From an uncultured Clostridium sp. (lineage in GTDB: Bacteria; Bacillota; Clostridia; TANB77; CAG-508): a stretch of 63,612 nt of DNA. This document shows positions 59,272-63,612 of the stretch, piece after piece. The stretch lies in NCBI GenBank assembly GCA_902492105.1, contig CABUKD010000005.1, forward strand, positions 1-63,612, written 5' to 3'. Within the stretch, counting starts at the first letter, position 1; each line of letters opens with the position of its first letter. A model generated the notes under the pieces. It saw nothing but the letters and a program-made list of their open reading frames with translations. It did no database searches and was not told where the DNA came from. The position numbers and the translations under genes are program-made.

Positions 59272-61461
59272 ATGTACTATGCAAAATCAGAGCCACAAGA
59301 GGCCTTAAAGGAACACACAGATGGGCTTGTAAATCAAATAAAAACTTTAAAAGAAATTAGCCAAAAACAGGTGGCTAAAATAACAAGTTTAGGAAATGAA
59401 GAGTTTTGGAGATTGTTAGAATTAGCTTGTAAATATCATGATACAGGTAAAATATTTACACCTTTTCAAAATTTAATTTTAAACAAAATAAAACAAAAGG
59501 AAATACCAACAGATTTTAACTATAATGATATAAAACATGAACAACTTTCTCCTGCTCTTATTCCAATTGATGAATTAAACCTAACAGAACAGGAAGAAAA
59601 GCTATTAATTCAGGCAATATACTATCATCATGAAAGAAAACAAATAAATGAAGATAGAGAGTTGATTAACAAAATTATAAAAAAAGACCTTATGCCAAAA
59701 ATAGAAAGCGCATCAAGTGAATTAGGAATAACCCTAAATGCAAGTCCAGAAGCCTTATACTTAAGTTTGGTAGGTGATAATAAAAGGATTAACTCATTAC
59801 ATAAATTATACATAGATTATGTTTTATTAAAAGGCTTTTTACATCGCTTGGATTATAGTGCTTCTGCACATATTCAAGTAGAAGATATAAGTAATGAAAA
59901 AGTATCAGATTATATAGAAGAATTTTTTAAACAAAATCATTTTAAAGAAAATAAATTACAAGAATTTGCAAAAGATAATCGAGAAAACAATGTAGTTGCA
60001 GTTGGGTCAACAGGATTAGGAAAAACGGAAGCGGCTTTATTGTGGACACAAGGAGATAAAGCATTTTTTACATTGCCATTAAGAATAAGTATTAATGCAA
60101 TATTTGATAGAATAAAAGACATGATTCAATACAAAAGTGTAGGTTTACTACACTCTACAGCATTGGACTATTTACAAGAAGAGGGCACAGAATTTGGAAT
60201 ATCTAATGAAGAGTGGGAGCAATCTAAAAATTTATCATATAGAATTACAACATGTACTATAGACCAAATATTTCCATTTGTATTCAAATATAAAGGATAT
60301 GAAAGGATATATGCTACTCTAGCATATTCAAAAGTAATCATAGACGAAATACAGGCATATGACCCAGAAATAACAGCTATTATTTTAAAAGGTTTGCAAA
60401 TGATAAACAATATTGGTGGAAAATTTATGATCATGACAGCAACTTTACCAAGAATCTATAAAGATAAACTAAAAGAAATGAAAATAAATTTTGCATATAA
60501 AGAAGTTCCAAGTGAACTGGAAAGACATAAAATAAAAATAGAACGAGAAGATATACTAAATAGCTGCGAAATAATCAGTGAAAAAGGAAAAAATAAAAAA
60601 GTATTGGTAATAGCTAATACTGTAAACAAAGCCATTGAAATATACAAGAAGATGTTAAAATATGATAATAAAAATGTACACTTGTTACATGCGAGGTTTA
60701 TTGCAAAAGACAGAGCTAAATTAGAAAAAGAAATAAAAGAGTTTTCTGATAATAAAGAAAAAAGTGGAGTTTGGATTACAACACAACTGGTAGAAGCATC
60801 ACTAGATATAGATTTTGACTACTTATATACAGAAATGTCAACATTAGACAGCTTATTTCAAAGACTAGGAAGATGTTACAGAAAAAGAAAATTAGACATG
60901 GAAGAACCTAATATTTATATCTTTACAGAAAGTAATAGTGGAATAGGAAGTGTTTATGATAAAAAAATATATGAAATAAGTAAAGAACTTTTAGAAGATT
61001 ATGATGAAAAAGTACTAAAAGAAGAGCAAAAGATGAAACTAGTAGATGAACTCTATTCAGCGGAAAAGCTAAAAAATAGTGAATTCCTAGAAAAATTTAA
61101 AGCAGGTATGCAAGTTTTAGACAATATCATAGACTATGATGTCGACAAAAAAGAAGCTCAACAGTTATTAAGAAAAATAGAAAGCTATACTGTAATTCCA
61201 CAATCAATTTATGATAAAAATAGAAAATTATTTGATCAATACAAAAATGAAACAGATAGAGAAAAGAAAAGAAAACTTAAAAGAGAAATCAATAGGCTAA
61301 CAACAAATATAAGCAGTGGTCAGATGTGGAAAGTAAGAGAATATGTTGTAAATAGTATAGAAATAGAGGGTGTAAGAGTACTTAACTTAAAATATGACAA
61401 TAATATGGGATTACTTTTAGAAGATGATAGAGATTATGATATTGATAGTAGATTCTTGTAA
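59272..61461 (+). CDS. cas3: Cas3 HD nuclease / DEAH helicase
   Basis: HD motifs (..KYHDTGK.., ..YYHHER..). Helicase motif I GSTGLGKTEAAL and motif II VIIDEIQ. C-terminal domain present. Confidence 0.9.
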   Translation: MYYAKSEPQEALKEHTDGLVNQIKTLKEISQKQVAKITSLGNEEFWRLLELACKYHDTGKIFTPFQNLILNKIKQKEIPTDFNYNDIKHEQLSPALIPIDELNLTEQEEKLLIQAIYYHHERKQINEDRELINKIIKKDLMPKIESASSELGITLNASPEALYLSLVGDNKRINSLHKLYIDYVLLKGFLHRLDYSASAHIQVEDISNEKVSDYIEEFFKQNHFKENKLQEFAKDNRENNVVAVGSTGLGKTEAALLWTQGDKAFFTLPLRISINAIFDRIKDMIQYKSVGLLHSTALDYLQEEGTEFGISNEEWEQSKNLSYRITTCTIDQIFPFVFKYKGYERIYATLAYSKVIIDEIQAYDPEITAIILKGLQMINNIGGKFMIMTATLPRIYKDKLKEMKINFAYKEVPSELERHKIKIEREDILNSCEIISEKGKNKKVLVIANTVNKAIEIYKKMLKYDNKNVHLLHARFIAKDRAKLEKEIKEFSDNKEKSGVWITTQLVEASLDIDFDYLYTEMSTLDSLFQRLGRCYRKRKLDMEEPNIYIFTESNSGIGSVYDKKIYEISKELLEDYDEKVLKEEQKMKLVDELYSAEKLKNSEFLEKFKAGMQVLDNIIDYDVDKKEAQQLLRKIESYTVIPQSIYDKNRKLFDQYKNETDREKKRKLKREINRLTTNISSGQMWKVREYVVNSIEIEGVRVLNLKYDNNMGLLLEDDRDYDIDSRFL

Positions 61462-61642
61462 AATTATCTGTCGACCTCCAATAAGCAAAAAAATACGTTA
61501 TATCGACAGATAAAGAAAATACTTAAATATAAGCATATTTAATAAACATGCTAAATTTTTATTTAAAAATTTGATAAAAAATGAACAGGCCGACAGAAAT
61601 GTGTTAGCAAACACTGAATTTTAGCCATGTACACATGAACCT

Positions 61643-63612
61643 GTAGTAATTTAAATATAGTAGAATATAAATCACTTTCTTCTGAATTTTCTGTGTTTTC
61701 CACACTTTGTAGTAATTTAAATATAGTAGAATATAAATAGCGATGAAAAGAAAGAATACATAATTGATATAGAAGGTAGTAATTTAAATATAGTAGAATA
61801 TAAATAATGCAGCACCAAAACTAATTATAAAAGCAACTACTAGTAGTAATTTAAATATAGTAGAATATAAATACAAAAAAAGAAGCAGTTCTACCACCGC
61901 TTCTCTTGTAGTAATTTAAATATAGTAGAATATAAATGTAAATTAATCGGTCGTTGGAAATAAAGGAGAAAATGTAGTAATTTAAATATAGTAGAATATA
62001 AATTATGCAGATGAAACTGTTCTAGTATGTGAAAGGAAAGGTAGTAATTTAAATATAGTAGAATATAAATTCTTTATTTTATAGTATAATAGTATATATT
62101 CAAATTTGTAGTAATTTAAATATAGTAGAATATAAATGAAGGGTAATTTATTGTTGCTTCTCCACTAGTTAAGTAGTAATTTAAATATAGTAGAATATAA
62201 ATACAAAAGTAATATATGAAGAAAGGAGGAACTAATAGTAGTAATTTAAATATAGTAGAATATAAATTCATTTCTTCTTACTAATTCAAGAATTTCATTT
62301 AGTAGTAATTTAAATATAGTAGAATATAAATATTATTAGTATGTCTGTATTATTAAATATCATACAGTAGTAATTTAAATATAGTAGAATATAAATTCAA
62401 TAGCTACCTTATATCCATGTTTGCATAGTCTGTTGTAGTAATTTAAATATAGTAGAATATAAATGAGTTGACACAAACTAACATAGTCAAAAATGTTTCT
62501 GTAGTAATTTAAATATAGTAGAATATAAATTTCTATTTCATTAAAAATCCAATTCCTATGCCTATCCAGTAGTAATTTAAATATAGTAGAATATAAATTA
62601 AGCATTTTCAATTGCTTGGTCTGTAACTGTTGTGTAGTAATTTAAATATAGTAGAATATAAATGAACAAGTACAATATGCTACTTGCTTAGTTGTTGGTA
62701 GTAATTTAAATATAGTAGAATATAAATTTTAAATGGTATGTTTTAGAAAATTTCCCATTTATTGTAGTAATTTAAATATAGTAGAATATAAATAAAGATA
62801 TTAAAGGATTGTCACACATGTTAGGATTAGTAGTAATTTAAATATAGTAGAATATAAATTCAAATTATATGGATAATATAAATAATGCATGCAGTAGTAA
62901 TTTAAATATAGTAGAATATAAATAAAACTCTAAGTCCGTCTTGGTCAAAAGTATAAGAAGTAGTAATTTAAATATAGTAGAATATAAATCAAAATACTAG
63001 TGATGTTAATTATTCAGCTAAAAGGTAGTAATTTAAATATAGTAGAATATAAATGTTATTTCTGCTATTTCTACATATTTTCGCGTTGTGTAGTAATTTA
63101 AATATAGTAGAATATAAATGAAGAAAAAACTTATAATACTATTAAAAATGAAATGTAGTAATTTAAATATAGTAGAATATAAATACTTCACTAAATTGTT
63201 ATTCGTTTGATTATCAGTCAGTAGTAATTTAAATATAGTAGAATATAAATTCTGTTCCACTTGCTGGTGCAGTATATGTTGTAGCTGGTAGTAATTTAAA
63301 TATAGTAGAATATAAATGATTTATAAAGAAAAAGATATTGAAAATGTAACAATTGTAGTAATTTAAATATAGTAGAATATAAATGATGTACTTAGTGAAG
63401 TAACGATGGCAGATGGTTCAGTAGTAATTTAAATATAGTAGAATATAAATGTTGGCAATTGTGCTGCGTTTCTATTTGTATTTCGTAGTAATTTAAATAT
63501 AGTAGAATATAAATTAAATTTAATTTTTCATACTTGTCTGTTGCTCTTAGTAGTAATTTAAATATAGTAGAATATAAATCCTTTAATTGATTGTCTTTTG
63601 AAAATTTTATTC
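61643..63612 (+). CRISPR. CRISPR array, 30 identical 30-nt repeats GTAGTAATTTAAATATAGTAGAATATAAAT, continues past the window end
   Basis: Repeats start at 61643, 61709, 61776 ... 63550. There are 29 complete spacers of 34-38 nt plus a partial 30th. A 181-nt AT-rich leader lies between the cas3 stop and the first repeat. Confidence 0.97.

Noticed and set aside
62375-63260. ORFs 62375..62611 and 63033..63260 (-).
   Set aside because: They lie entirely within the CRISPR array. Their periodic ..YSTIFKLL..YILLYLNYY.. motifs are translations of the repeat.

Overview
This is a very AT-rich, Firmicutes/Clostridia-like chromosomal window using the standard genetic code (TGA acts as a stop). All calls were made by eye from the sequence and the ORF track.

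Layout:
- 1-36 kb: housekeeping and envelope genes. These include two ABC transporter sets, a DUF4153/DUF2975/YozG-type trio, an FAD/Rieske oxidoreductase, a csoR-copZ-copA copper operon, an LRR surface protein, peptidases, an LCP protein, a DacB-type PBP, comEA and four tRNAs.
- ~36.3-53.0 kb: an integrative mobilizable element next to an initiator-type tRNA-Met. It carries a tyrosine integrase, Xis-type HTH, replisome organizer, DnaC-like ATPase, TnpV and a relaxase. Its defence-like cargo is a Dam-class methylase plus endonuclease, a TM protein plus Hanks-type Ser/Thr kinase, a Fic-wHTH protein plus HEPN-like protein, and a 775-aa TM protein convergent with a zinc-ribbon protein.
- 53-63.6 kb: NUDIX hydrolase, a degenerate inverted mini-CRISPR, a guanine-deaminase-like gene, and a type I-B (Cst1/Cst2/Cas5t-type) interference operon cas6-cas8b-cas7-cas5-cas3. 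No cas4, cas1 or cas2 follows it. Its 30-repeat CRISPR array runs off the window end.

Most unusual observation: five ORF interruptions all sit exactly on an in-frame CGG codon. They are in copA (twice), a YozG-type HTH gene, a GDT1/UPF0016 gene and a small membrane-protein gene. Dropping the C of each CGG puts a Gly codon in frame and restores the conserved protein. Family-assignable genes here otherwise show no in-frame CGG in my by-eye scan. This is either a systematic sequencing artefact or a CGG-triggered +1 recoding phenomenon.

Other notable items: a candidate type I toxin-antitoxin locus, and two families of long structured palindromic repeats with conserved asymmetric cores.
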